Below are positions 48,734 to 62,723 of a DNA stretch of 64,000 nucleotides, piece after piece (within the stretch, counting starts at the first letter, position 1; each line of letters begins with the position of its first letter). Both the position numbers and the translations under genes were made by a program. The notes beneath the pieces were generated by a model, which searched no databases, was not told the origin of the DNA, and saw nothing but the letters and a program-made list of their open reading frames with translations. Origin of the DNA: Eledone cirrhosa (taxonomy: Eukaryota); assembly GCA_964016885.1 (NCBI GenBank), contig OZ024746.1, positions 8,246,001 to 8,310,000 on the forward strand, in the 5' to 3' direction.

Positions 48734-49787
48734 AATGAAATCTCTTGAAGCCTAAAAGCAATTGCTAAATTAAAACACTCAAATGTCCTAAGAATAAAAA
48801 AAGCAAAGGAAAGGAGTCGATCGGTAGATCAGACCAAGGAAATAGCGTTTCCATTGCTGATACTATCTATCGTAAACCCTGGCAGAAAAAGCAACGTGAA
48901 ATAAAGTATTTCACTGAAGAACACATCGGCCGGTTCAGGAGTCGAACTCATAACTTTATGATAGTAAGTTCAACACCATAATCACTAGGCCACGTACTTT
49001 CACACTTGAGCGTAAAATCACGCCGAGAAATTTACAGTTGGATTTAGCGTAAGTACAATGCGATTGTCTCGTATAACAGTTTAGTCGATTAAATTAACCT
49101 GGGGGTATTGCTGTCATCTAATATCTACCGAACAATAGATATGAGATTCGGTAAGATTTGAGCTATGAAATAAAGATGTGAAGCTAAACTATATAATGAA
49201 TTATGTCCAGCTTTCTATTGTTTTTGCCAATACGCTGACCTACTCAAATGAATAGTTAAAACATTATTTACCTCATCAGTTCGCCATATTTTCCTTCTTC
49301 CCAATAAACTACGTGACCGATTATTTTTGTCATTTGTATTTTGTTGTTCCTTCTCTCCATCTTCTCACCTAATCACAGTTTCCATTTGTCTATAATATTT
49401 CTGATTACGAATTACATTTTCTTTTTGTCTATGATTTGTCAGATGTTGGTGTTAGGAATAAAACATTTAATTCATTACTAATGGAATGTGTCTGATTTGA
49501 CTGGAATAAAATTAATTGAAAGCTTTGAGCAATCTCTAGAAAATTAAACCCCTCTCCACCTTCCCCCTCCTTATCACACCTCTAATTATTTGGATGATGA
49601 TGATGGTCATTTTTTTTATTTTTAACAAAATAAAATTCGAAAGAAATAAAGACAAAGTTTAATGAAAAAGCATTAAAATGGTTTTTCATACTGACGTAAG
49701 AAATAAATCACTGATAAGTGAAACTAAATGGAATTATGGAATATAGTGGTGATAGGTGAAAATGAGATTTTGAAATATATATAGATA

Positions 49788-50543
49788 CTAGCTAAACTAC
49801 CCGTCCTTTGGACGGTTCAAGTAGCTTTCGATGTAGCTCATTAAACTAAACAAAGTAAATTTGAATACATAGAAGAAACACGATATAACTCAATTGAATG
49901 TAAAAATAAAGCTTAATTGTAAAATGTATTTGAAGTACATGTAGCGGTAGAACGTTGGAAACGTACAGGGTATGTAAGTTAATAATTAAATTATGTGTCA
50001 GAAGGTAGTCTAATCAATGCGAAAAATAGAATAATTCTAAAGTCTTTGATGTATAAACCATCCTTTAGATAAATTTAAGCATAATATTGTAAAAGTTATG
50101 AGATCAGTTAATATATAACATCAAGTTTGAAACGATAAATTATACAATGTCAAATTTATAACTTAACTTAGTAATCTGTTAGAAATTGCTGGTTGTGAAA
50201 TATACGAAATGATATTGTTATTCTCTTTGTTTCAAGTAGAAAGAGTAAATTAAAATCCGAATGAGCCGAATTACGAAAGATAACTCTTGATTACGAAAAA
50301 TAACTCTTGCCTTACTTAATCACGAAAATTCACACAAATAACCGAAACGTTTTTAATGTCTCCAAAGGCCCCAATATCGATTTTTGAAAGCCTTTGTAGA
50401 TCATGTACAGGTTTTGTGCAAGGAGAAGCTCTGTAAAAAATTTCAAAGAAATCACAGAATGGTTTAGAATATATGAGCCCTCATTAAAAATTGTCGACAC
50501 ACATATACACATACAGAAATTTTCAGATTTATATATATTTAGA
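49788..50543 (-). mobile_element. complete non-autonomous Helitron (756 bp)
   Basis: On the minus strand it starts TC and ends CTAG, has hairpin CCGTCC-AAA-GGACGG (49801-49815) just before the end, and sits between host A and T. Confidence 0.85.
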
Positions 50544-50750
50544 TAATGAGAGTGAAATAATCCACTCTTATTTTGGTAAGGCGTGATAAGCTCAATGCGT
50601 TATAAAGTCGACAGTATGCAGGAATCCAAGTCCAAGGTATATTCCAAAGGATTAAGCTACTGGTTGATGAAGACAGTGTAAGCCGTAGAGCATCAAGCTC
50701 ATCCCCATTGGAACATTTGTAGTGATTAAAGATGAAATTTGATTAACAAC

Positions 50751-50874
<124 letters not shown>

Positions 50875-51009
50875 ATATTGACTCTTTGGTGTTTCCTATT
50901 CTTTATATATCAGCTCTGCATGAACCCTATTGCATTGAGCTTTAAACCCTCTGATTAAGTCTGTACCCAATAATAGAAATATTCTTATTAAAGTTATATA
51001 TATATATAT

Positions 51010-51430
51010 GACCTGACTTCTTTGCTGTTGGTTCTGCCGGGTGGCTGTAACTTCGGTCTCGTAGACGACTGTGGGTGTGTTATGAGTGTATAGGAAATAG
51101 TGAGGTGGGCTTTCATACTTTTAACGCAGTAATATCCAAGTTTTACCCTGTGCCTATTAAAGATGGATCTGTACTTATGCCCTATAGGGAAGTGTTTGTT
51201 TAAGAGTGCTAAGAATATTTTTACCTACATTAATACTAACTCCACGTGAGAAAGGTGGGCAGAACCAAATTTTCTTTCTATTGCTAGTGGGATGCTGATG
51301 AGGAGAGTGAGAAATATTCTCAGAGAATCCGCTGTTGGCTAACGCGGGGTCATATAGTGCCAACCTGTCGAAGATGGCATTGTTAGAGGAAAGATTTGAG
51401 ATCCTTGTGCTGATGTTTTTGACGATGTAT
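51010..51430 (-). mobile_element. Penelope-like element remnant
   Basis: RISNLSSNNAIF...ALANSGF...IWFCPPFS...NVGK, then SIFNR and VVYETEV, matching the PLE RT-thumb/linker leading into the GIY-YIG domain. Confidence 0.75.
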
Positions 51431-51825
51431 ATATATATATGAAATGCAGATATCGATTCTTCGCAGGTACCTCTGTCCAGTTTTTTCCGTCTCAACTATT
51501 ATTTCCGTCTCAACTATTATTTATCGCGATCGATGACTGTTGTCTTATTCCCCGTCTAACACGGTAGATGATGCTTCTTGAAGTGCTGTACAATTATTTG
51601 TGTTAGGAGGAGCATCTAGCTGTAATAACCATACCAAAAAGGAAGGAAGGATCGGAGACTACAAAGGATAGGATGGACAACCTCTCCAGTGTTGGTGGCA
51701 TGATAATGTGTGCCCAGTCCATACAAAGGTCTGTTGTATTATGAAAGACAACTTAATAGAAGGAACAGAGACAACGTAGTGTAGACGATTTTACGATAAA
51801 ATGCTGTAAAATCGTTACTGATAGG

Positions 51826-52224
51826 AGAATTGGCAGTATCGGTAGAGGGTCAGACGCCATGCTTTGACACATAGAGTTACTGCCCTTGCCATTCTGAGTT
51901 CAAATCCCGCCGAGGTTAACTTTGCCTTTCATCCTTACGGGGTCGATAAAATAAAGTACCAGTAATGCACTGGGTAATTGCTGGCCTTGTGCCAATAGTA
52001 GAAACAATTATTTGTCTGTGGTTAGGGCGGTGAACTGGCAGTATCGGTAGAGGGTCAGACACCATGCTTTCTAGCATAGTTTCGTCCCTTTACGGTCAGA
52101 GTTCAAATCCCGTCGAGGTTAACTTTGCCTTTCATCCTTACGGGGTCGATAAAATAAAGTACCAGTAATGTACTGGGTAATTGCTGGCCTTGTGCCAAAA
52201 GTAGAAACAATTATTTGTCTGTGG
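51826..52224 (+). mobile_element. head-to-tail pair of SINE family A copies
   Basis: Two units; the second is flanked by the direct repeat TTATTTGTCTGTGGTTA. Confidence 0.9.
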
Positions 52225-52244
52225 TTATGTCTGTATCTAGACAC

Positions 52245-53150
52245 TATTTTTACAGAAAAAACGAAGTGCCGTTATATATAACCAAATATTTCAGCCACCA
52301 ACCTAATCAACAAATTTTCTATAATATAATATCCGCTGGCATCGCAATATTCAGTCTAGTACCACAACTACACAATGAAGCTTTGAAAATGTTCAAAGAA
52401 ATGTTAAATGTCGTATCCAGCGCCAGACAAACCAATTAAAAATCAAACGAAAAAATACAAAAGAAACAGTTGGTTCAACCCATCCTTTAGCCTAAAGGTA
52501 GTGACAAAATTTGAAATAAATGTTTTGAACACTAATCACGAAACATTTCCCAAACAACCATGGATCTCATAAACTATTCAACAGGAACGATAAAAAGGCA
52601 GCAGTAGCTGCAAATTCAAATGCCATTCAAACTATAAATGATCAGATGTCTTGACATCTACAACCCCAAAATATATGTAACCGCAACGGATCAAGTTTAA
52701 ACTTTCCGCGAAAGAGATGTAATCTACAGGACAACTGTACCCTAAGAAGAAAAAACAACAACAAAACAACGATAAAGCCTATGTTGGATCCACGTACAGA
52801 GATCAACGTAAAATACACACAACTTACACGTGTTCCACGATATATACCCCGTCTCTTTCGACGTTAAATAAAACAAAGAAAAACTAGAAAGAGCCATCTC
52901 ATACGTAAATAACCCCAGGACATGTTCTCTGTACACCACAGAACACAATTGTGTAATACGTGTGTTTACAAAATAACAAAACTTACTAGAACCAAATATA
53001 GCCCCATTCTCTGAGTCAATAAAGCATCGACGGAATAACAATTTAGTGGAATTGGATACGATAATGAAATTCTGTAATAAACAACACAACAACAATCAAA
53101 ACGACACTAATTTAGCAAAAAGAAATATTCACAAACTCGCCAATAAAACG
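52245..53150 (+). mobile_element. Penelope-like element remnant, highly degraded
   Basis: YRKNEVPLYI...SHQP, HNEALK, WFNPSFS and KHFPNNHGSHKLFNRN across frames. Confidence 0.65.
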
Positions 53151-53874
53151 ATAAACTGACACTGAAGAACGTGACCGCTTGTATGTAGAACCAAAATGAA
53201 ATGCTGAATAATTCCCCACCTTAATAATTGTAGTGGCGTGAAAGTCTAGTTGCGAGAAAGTGAACTCAGTTTAATAAAAGAATATAATCTACAGCATGTA
53301 TTAAGTACCCACTTTCTCTTTCGTTTACAAACCGTAACACTTGATTATATATACATACAAGCTACAATAAGGTATTAAAAACATTTCTTTGGATAATAAA
53401 AGGCATTTGTTTATATTCATCCGATTATCCGTCGAAACGGTGGAAGCTCAAGCGTGAATTCACGTGTGTTCGTTTAAAGGAGACACCTTGACTAACAGTT
53501 TCCCTCGAAGAGAAACGCCGACTGAATTTGTCGAAAATAACGTTTAACAAATGGAACGAGTCCTGAGTAGGAACGTGTCTCTTGAGCAATGCAACTGTGA
53601 AACATTTATTTTAGAGAAAATAGAAAGCTTTTCGACTTTGTTTACTTAACCTTTCATTGATCTTATGATATCAACATTTGATTATAAGAGCTGTTGGTTT
53701 CAATTCAACTAACTAGTGAGCTTAGAGAAACACTTGAAGTCAACCAATTAGATAAGGAATCGTCCGTTCAGGTGAGTTTACCAAAGCTAAGTTTGCTATT
53801 AGAGACATGGTCGACAATTTGACTGGAGACTATGTCACAGTGATCGAAGGAACAGGATTAGATGCGTTTGTTTT

Positions 53875-54076
53875 CCAAGTAGAGACCAGGGCAGGATTTA
53901 AAGGAGGGAAAGGGGGCAATTGCCCCAAGTAGAGACCAGGGTAGGATTTAAAGGAGGGAAAGGGGGAAATTTCCCCAAGTAGAGACCAGGGTAGGATTTA
54001 AAGGAGGGAAAGGGAAGAGTTGCCCCAAGTAGAGACCAGGGTAGGATTTAAAGGAGGGAAAGGGGGCAATTGCCCC
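53875..54076. repeat. 50-bp tandem repeat x4
   Basis: CCAAGTAGAGACCAGGGTAGGATTTAAAGGAGGGAAAGGGGGCAATTGCC with a period of exactly 50. Confidence 0.97.
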
Positions 54077-54370
54077 GGGCCCCTGCAGTGGATGGGGGAG
54101 GGGGGGGTCCCATCAGTGACGGCTGTACTAATTTATTTATACCCTCAACTCAGCTTTTTAGTTTTAGGATGGTTAGGTTTTTTTGAATTTAATATCTGTA
54201 TGTAATATCTGTATGTATAACTTTTCAATTCCAATTACTTGGGCCAGCTGACTTTGATATGTAAAATTCGGGTGTCTTGCTAATTTTTTGTGTGTGTACA
54301 AGGCCCAACCCCGCCTCCCTGCCACCAAACCTGAAGTGCCCTGGGCCTCCAAGGTCTAAATCCGGTCCTG
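54037..54370. mobile_element. hAT-type MITE
   Basis: Imperfect TIR CAGGG(C/T)AGGATTTA / TAAATCCGGTCCTG with GGGCCC-type subterminal motifs; the TSD is unclear. Confidence 0.55.
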
Positions 54371-54507
54371 GGTATAGCCAGTAAGTTCAGAAGAGTATTG
54401 TTCTTGATAGAAGTAGTGGAACAGGGGAGGAAGAGAGGAAAGATGAGCACTGTGATAAACCTGATGTTTCTGTAATTGTTTCTACTTTTGGCACAAGGCC
54501 AGCAAGA

Positions 54508-54745
54508 TCGGAACGTCAACAGCCGCCTAAGGAAGGAACGCCGCGAGGTTTCGTGGCTGTTGCAGCGGATGTCGTTGGTCAATGTCCGCAGAAATGCCTC
54601 CTCCTCCTTTTCTTCTGTGGCCTTATAGTCCTTGCTTTTCCTCTCCATCTCTCATTTATGGCTTTTATAGTCCTTTCCTTTAATTTCCCATACAGCCAGA
54701 TCTGTCCTTCTTTACCCATTTTCCATTTGTACAAATGTTTCGAAA
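54508..54745 (+). mobile_element. 3' end of a CRE-like retrotransposon
   Basis: ERREVSWLLQRMSLVNVRRNASS matches the xQRxSxxxxRGNA C-terminal motif of CRE-type RLE elements, followed by a pyrimidine-rich 3' UTR. Confidence 0.65.
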
Positions 54746-57059
54746 TTAGAAATTGTTATTAGGGCTTACGGAGTCGATAAAATAAAGTACCAGTAATACA
54801 CTGAGTAATTGCTGGCCTTGTGCCTAACGTAGAAACAGTTATTAGGGTTAGTATAACGTTTTGTTAATATAACGTAATATTACGTTAGCTTTCTACAACA
54901 TTTTATTATTTAACCTGCTACACGTGTTTATTTTATTTAGCCCGATATAACACCTAGATATGTAGCCTTGTTCAAGCTGGGATAAGGTTTTGTTTTTATA
55001 TATCTCAGTATAACGTTTTGTTACGTAGCTTCTTACAACGTTTAGTCATTTAATCTGTCAGAACATTTGTTTGGTCGTCTGAAAGAACGTTATGCCACAT
55101 AACTTAGCGAATCTTAATAGAATATTTTGTTGAACATCAATTATATGTTTTATTATGTTACACAGCCCAACATAACATTACTTTAGGTCGCCGAATGTAG
55201 TATTTTTGTTAGAGACTAGTAAAGCATTCTCTTACGTAGCTTTGTACAGCGTTTTGATAAGTCTTGTGTAACGTAAGACAATACATTCCTATCTATTGAA
55301 TGGTTTCTGTTGAGATCTGAGCAGCAGACCTTTATCACAGTGAAGGTCAACTGCACATTCTTTCCTGCACTACAAGACAGTATCAAGTTTATTATGTCAT
55401 TTTATTTGGATACAATTAAAGGTCTACGAAGCTGTTTGCTTATTACATAAGGATAAACAATTCTTCTTACTGATACTAATGTGAACTTTACACTGAGATT
55501 TCTGGAACTGGGTAATATATGAGTAATAACCTCTGGATATAACTTGTCACAACCAACATTTTCTATCAAATTTCTTACAGTTAATTTAGTATGTTGGTTG
55601 TTGGACGTCCGTCCTTACCGCTGACGATTGTTCCAGTGGATTCAATCAACGGAACTGCATGCTTGTGAAATAAACATTTAAGAGGCTGAGCATCCACGGA
55701 CACGGACACAATTAACATAGCTCTCAGGGAGATTCATCGTGACACAGCGTGTGACAAGGCTGGCCTATTGAATTATTGGTACAACTCATTTTTTGCCAGC
55801 TGAGTTGACTGGAGCAATGTGAAATAAAGTGTCTTGCTCAAGAACACAACGTTTGTTGAATCAAAGCATTCCACAGACACGTGTATCCTTAACCTAATCC
55901 CCATAGAAATTCAGCGTGACATAATGTGTGACAAGGCCAACCGTTTGAATTACAGGTATAGGTTATCCGACGGGCTTCTATATAGTTTACGTCTACCATT
56001 TACAGTGTCTGGGTTGATCCGCGTCTATGGTTAATGATACTTGATCATTATACCACGTGGTCTGATCGAACTCGGGACTGATTTCTTAATCGAACAGCCA
56101 TGTTGTGTCTACGTACATCCACACACTCACACACACACATCCTTACATACACACACACTCACACATACACACACACACATATATATACACACTCATACAC
56201 ACAGAGACACAGGCATATACACACACACACACTCTCTATATATCTCTCTCTCACACACACACATCCTTACATATACACACACACTCACACATACATATAT
56301 ATATATATATATATACACTCATACACACACAGACACACACTCTCTCGTTCTCTCTCACACACACACTCTCTCACACACACACACTCTCTCTCTCACACAC
56401 ACAATTTTCTCTCCAGTTGTTTATTTGACCCTGTAAAAGTGCAATCGATCCCATTGTGTGAGAGAGGTCGACATTTATTTCTAGCTGATCGTTTTAATTC
56501 CTTCTCCAGATTGACTAATTGGAATCGTTTTCTTTTTGACAGGAGAGTGTTTTCTTCTGTCATTAAACTATGTCCGTTCTTGGCTTTCATTTAGATTTAC
56601 CTTCCTCTACCTTTAACGCCTACCTCTTATCTCCCCTCTTTCTCCTCTCTATTTCTTAACATCTTTCAGTTTGTCTATATTTCTTTTCTAATACACCCAC
56701 ACCCTCCCCATATTTGTTGTTGTTGTTTCTATCCTGTAAACACATCATTTCGATTAAACTTCAGTCCGAGAATTCCAGATAATGTTTATCGTCTGCAAAC
56801 AATCGACTTCTCGCGGCATTGTTTATCTTGTCACGTGTCCATAATTAAACTATCCTTCTTCACTCTATCTAATCCATCTTTTTATTAATCATTTTTCTTT
56901 TCTTTTACGGTGGATAGACATTTCACTTCATATCATTTCAAAGAACATCCCCCACTCTACCCCCCGCCCCACTCTACCCCCGCCCCACTCTACACCCCCA
57001 CTCTACTGGGGGACACTGCCGGTTCCAGACAAACTCTACAGACACAGAAGTGCTATTTG

Positions 57060-57478
57060 ATGAACCTTTCCGAGATGCGCACAGAACGACTAAACCGTTC
57101 TACACTGGTCCAGTGTCCGGGCATTGCTGACTTGTGGAGGTTAGTCGAAAGGATATTGTCACGTTTAGGATGGACCCGGCTATCAGTACATTTGTTATAA
57201 GGTGAGTGAATGTAGTGATGACGGTCCGCGTGAATGGGCCTACTCTGAGTATGCACCTGTAAGCTGAAGAGAACAGAGAGGATAGAATGAGGGGCAACTT
57301 CCGACGATGCTCTTGTGGGGTTCCCAAACTACTCCTGGGTGCTGGAATATTTTGTTGTCATTTATTGTTAATTGTTACCTGTTTTACATTTTGTATACAT
57401 TTTCATGTAAACCCCCACTGACCCCGTTCTTTGTACTGTCCATTATGTTTCGGCTTTTGTAGCCACTAAAGAAATAAT
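57060..57478 (+). mobile_element. 3' end of a Tx1/L1-like LINE
   Basis: LVQCPGIADLWRLVERILSRLGWTRLS matches the ORF2 end at ~26.0 kb (LVQCPCITDLWSYVEQLLSRVERIRLS), then a 3' UTR ending GCCACTAAAGAAAT. Confidence 0.8.
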
Positions 57479-57479
57479 T

Positions 57480-57897
57480 ATTTGACAGTATCGGTAGAGC
57501 GTCGGACACTGATTCGCGGCATATCGTTACGGCCCTTTGCGTTCTGTGTTCAAATCCCACTGAGGTTAGCTTTGCTTTTCATCCTTACGGGGTTGATAAA
57601 ATAAAGTACTAGTAACAAACTGGGGTCGATTTAATCGCCCCCCCCCCAAAAAAAAAATTCCTGGCCTTGTGCCCAAATCAGAAACCATTATTATTATTAT
57701 CATTGTATCGGTGAATTGGCAGTATCAGTAGAGGGTCGGACGCCATGCTTTGACACAAAGAGTTACGGCCCTTTCCATTCTGAGTTCGAATCCCGCCGAG
57801 GTTAACTTTGCTTTCATCCTTACGGGGTCGATAAAATAAAGTACCAGTAATGCACTGAGTAATTGCTGGCCTTGTACCAAACTTAGAAACAATTATT
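57480..57897 (+). mobile_element. two tandem SINE family A copies
   Basis: Two successive head-core-tail units. Confidence 0.9.
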
Positions 57898-59459
57898 AAT
57901 ATTATCATTGTTTTATGATATCTTTTTTGGAATTTAACTTTGAAGAAATTCATTCATAGTTGATTGATTTCATTTTTTAAAAACCGTTAAATTGTATAAA
58001 ATCAACAATAGAAGATCGAAACAAAAAATAGAGAAGGAAAAGAAGAAGAAGAAGAAAATAAAAGTGAAATTCTTTAGTTGTGGTCTTTAGTGAATAAAAC
58101 ATGAGTAAGAACAGTATCATTTCTGAAATTGATGTTCTTCAGAATTGTGGTTTTTATAAATATTGATCGTCTATACAGACACAAAATATCAAATTTATTG
58201 GAAAAGAAAAAAACAAAGTGTAATTGTATTACGATAATTATCAACGGTCTTTCTGAATGTTGCCATTCTGAATAGCATCATTGATTTATAATATATGTAT
58301 TGAGTTTATTTCAACCTGGAAGAGTAATGGTGTCGTAGAGACAACTCTCTCGGAGATGTCCTTACTCAATGCTGTTAGTCTCTCATTCGATCTAAAGTAT
58401 ATTATTAGTTAGTAAAATGATGATTCCAGTCGGGGATTGAAACTACGTTGCAATCACGGCAGGTTGTGATTCAGGCCCGTCGCTAAGAGAAGGGGAACTT
58501 GATGGTGCTGTCACCCTCTTTTCAATGGTACACTCCCAGATTTAGAAAATAGTGTTTATAAAAAACATTCTGAAATGCGTTCCTTGCGAAAAGGTGCCAA
58601 CCCAGAATGTTCTGAAGTCCTCGAGAGCCGCAGCAAAACCTCGCGACGAACCTGCAGTAATCTCACTCCTTTCATTACTCTTCACGATTTCCCCCTTAAA
58701 TATCGATTTCTTTGTTATTGAAGCACAGGTTAAGGTATCTAAAGCAAACTGCGGTTCGTTTGTCTTTCGGAATAACACACCTAACGAAAATTTTCCTTAA
58801 ATTTCTTTAGTAGAGCGACCCACCCTATCATGAGCCATATCTCATGTGATCTACTACTAAAAAAAAAAAAAGATATAAAAAAAAAGAAGGGTTGCCTGAG
58901 CCTGATAGAAATAGTAAAGATTGAAGTTTGTTTAGCATTCGTGTCTTTTTCAAGCGTGTTAACAACATAACAGAAGCGAAACGACTTCAAATGAAAATCG
59001 CTTCGTGACTTCAGCTTACTCGAATAATAAGATGTTATTGTTTTTGTTGTTGTTTAATCCCAGATGATTGAACAGATCAATAATGATTTCTGATTTACGT
59101 GTTTGATAGAATGACATCAGTTCTGTATCCAAAAGAAAACTCAATCTCACGGCAAAAATTATCAGACTGACATAAGAACTGGAATTGATATGATCGGCTA
59201 AAACTCTTGAAGATGGTACCCCAGCATGGCCGCAGCCCAATGACTGAAACCAGTAAAAGAATAAATGAATATCTATCTATCTTTTTATATATTTCATTGT
59301 TGCTTCGAAGCTATACTAGTGACTTGAGGGACAGGAGTGTTTAAGCATATACATCAAAACTGAAGAGGAGACGAAAGCATGAAACTCTAGGCTCTCAAGT
59401 TACTGCTAGAATAAAATATAGGTTATCTCCCATCCATGTCATTGCACAGCCAAACCTGT

Positions 59460-60450
59460 CTAGGGTCGGATGCCATGCTTTGCAGCATATACTTACGGCC
59501 CTTTACGGTCTGAGTTCAAATCCCACTGAGGTTAACTTTTCCTTTCATCCTTACGGGGGTCGATAAAAAATAGCACCAGTAATCTATTGACATAATTGCT
59601 GGCTTTGTGTGTGTGACAGCTCACACCTATGCAGGTTTGCTGGCCTCCACCAAGGTATATCTCGTTGGAGGTGTCTTGGGTGATTTAATGATAGGACCCC
59701 ATCTCATTTCTACAGCTGAGTAAACCGGAGCAACGTGAAATAAAGTGTCTTGCTCAAGGAAACAGCACATCACCCGGTCCGAGAATTGAACTTACAACCG
59801 AGCCCAATGCTCTAACCACTAAGCCATGCGCCTTTTGTGCCAAAAGTAGAAACAATTATTAACATGTCGACTGAGAGGTGGATTGGCAGTATCGATAGAG
59901 CGTCAGGCAATATATACCTGTTTTCATGTAAACCCCACTGACCCCTTCTTTTGTACTGTCCATTATGTTTCGGCTCTTGTAGCCACTAAAGAAAGAATTA
60001 TTTGGCAGTATCGGTAGAGTGTCGGACACTTTGATTCACGGCATATCGTTACGGCCCTTTACGTTCTGAATTCAAATCCCACCGAGGTTAGCTTTGCCTT
60101 TCCTCCCTACGGGGTCGATAAAATAAAATACCAGTAATGCGCTGTGGGTCGATTTAAGGGACTTTCCCTTTTCCCCTAAATTGCTGGCCTTGTGCCTAAT
60201 TCAGAAACCATTGTCTTTATGTCAATTGAGCGGTGGATTGGCAGTATCGGTAGAGCGTCGGACAACATGCGTTGTGGCACAGAGTTACGGCCCTTTACGT
60301 TCTGAGTTCAAATCCCACCGAAGTTAGTTTTGCCTTTAATCATTCCGGGATCGAAAAAATAAAGTACCAGTAACGCACTGGAGTCGCTTTATTCCACTTT
60401 CCACTTCCCACCAAATTGCTGGCCTTGTGCCAAAAATAGAAACCATCATT
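59460..60450 (+). mobile_element. SINE family A array, with a family B copy nested on the - strand (59610-59834)
   Basis: Three near-complete family A units plus a head fragment; family B interrupts the first tail. Confidence 0.9.
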
Positions 60451-61761
60451 TAATGTCAATTCTCGTGTTTTTTCCCCTCCTACTCAATCTGTTTGTCTTT
60501 CTGAATAATAATCTTGTTTCTATCCGTGTTAGAGGTAACACAGAACTGTCACGTTATAGAAATATCAAGATACAGAAGATATTAAGTAAAGTTGACGTGA
60601 AACATATGTTTATTCGTTTTTTACTAAAATACAACGAGAATTCGACAGATTGCCGGAAATCAGCGCTATCCTCTCAGAATATTCTTTCAGTTGTTTGTGT
60701 TGCTGTTGTTTAGACCCAGGTCAGTCAGGATTGAGATTGCCTGTGATTAAAGGCATTCCAGCCACGAGAATCCCTTCTTTTTCCAGACGTTAGTATATTA
60801 GATAACGACATTTGTATACCTGGCGGCGAATTAGAAGAAGTGTTTATCGAAAGTTCTTGTGATATTTATTCTGTTTTCTTGTGTTCTGAGTTCAAATTAC
60901 ACCGAGGTCAACTTGGACTTTTATCCTTCATTCGGGATCGATAACAAAATACTAGAGAAGAGCAGTGGACTCGCGGGATCGATAAAGCATCGGGCGGTAT
61001 TTGTTCCGGCTCTCTGTGTTCTGAGTTCAAATCCCGCCGTCGCCTACACGGGATGTAGACTTAATTCCTTACTCGGTTTAAGAGCACCACCTGGCACTTG
61101 GCTGCCTTTAGTGGGGTCAACTCTGTTGTAAGCATTCGAGCCACCGTATCCGGCTTGAGGACACTTTTTTCCTCCCTGCCAGTTTTAGGAGCTCTTGAAA
61201 GTGTCATGGGCATTACCCACGACACTATACGAAAATGGTGGATACTTTATATGTTCTTTCGTTACATATTTTTAAGATGGTAGGATATGAATTGAGGGAG
61301 ATTTGTTTATTTGTTCTTCAAGTCAATGGCGTAGAGACTCCTTCTATTTGGGACTACCTACGCTCGATTGTTTATATGTATGTGCTTCCAACGAATAATT
61401 TTATAGTTTACACACTAGAAAATTTGTTCACCCATCAACGAATACACGACATAAGATATTATACAGTTTTTATGACAGCAATAAGGTTATTAAAAAAAAC
61501 AAAGTTGGATGAAATATATATTAAAAAACAATAAACACACCAAAAGTATAACTAAATGGAACAAATCTTCAAGTTTGCAAATACAGAAGAACGCTTGGAT
61601 TGCGTAAGCTAAAGCCAAAGCAGCTTGTAACGATCGCATTGTTCCGGATTGGCTACCTCTTTTATCATGCTTCAGATGGCGCTGCTGTTGATGTTCATGA
61701 TGACGTCAGTACAACTGCACGTACAGAGTTAGAGAATATTCACTGAAGAGCAACAAATAAT

Positions 61762-62058
<297 letters not shown>

Positions 62059-62299
62059 AATGTGTATGTATATGCAAGTTTATACGTATACGTGCTCATC
62101 TTTCTTTCTCTCTTTCCTTCTCTCATTAATCTATCTACTTATCAAATCCCGCTGAGGTTGACTTTGCCTTTCATCCTTACGGGGTCGATAAAATAAAGTA
62201 CCAGTAATGCACTGGGTAATTGCTGGCCTTGTGCCTAAAGTAGAAACAATTAATCTATCTGTTTGATTGTCCCCTTTTCTTGTGCGCCCTTGTGGAAAA

Positions 62300-62440
62300 T
62301 AAAGAAGTCTATCTGTCTGTTTGCCTGTCTGTCTGCATACACGTCTGTTTGTCTGTTTGTCTGCTCACTTATATGTATGTATGTCTGTGCATCTATATGT
62401 GTATTAGTATGTATGCATGCATGCGTGTATGTATGCATGC

Positions 62441-62473
<33 letters not shown>

Positions 62474-62601
62474 TGTATGTATGTATGTATGTATGTATGT
62501 ATGTATGTATGTATGTATGTACCCTATGTATGTATATACGTATATATGTATGTATGTATATATGTATTGTACGTATGTATGTCTGTATGTCTGTATGTAT
62601 G

Positions 62602-62638
<37 letters not shown>

Positions 62639-62663
62639 ATATGTATGTATGCATATATGTAGG

Positions 62664-62723
<60 letters not shown>

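Noticed and set aside
51826-51915. tRNA genes
   Set aside because: The A/B boxes belong to SINE heads followed by the family core and tail; no clean cloverleaf.
58829-58856. VDHMRYG, resembling a sulfakinin-type neuropeptide
   Set aside because: No dibasic cleavage site after Gly, no precursor context, and not the frame compatible with the upstream candidate exon.
59352-59405. Hammerhead ribozyme core (CTGAAGA...GAAA)
   Set aside because: Stem I cannot be formed. Similar partial cores near 42920-43000 and 53160 are also incomplete.
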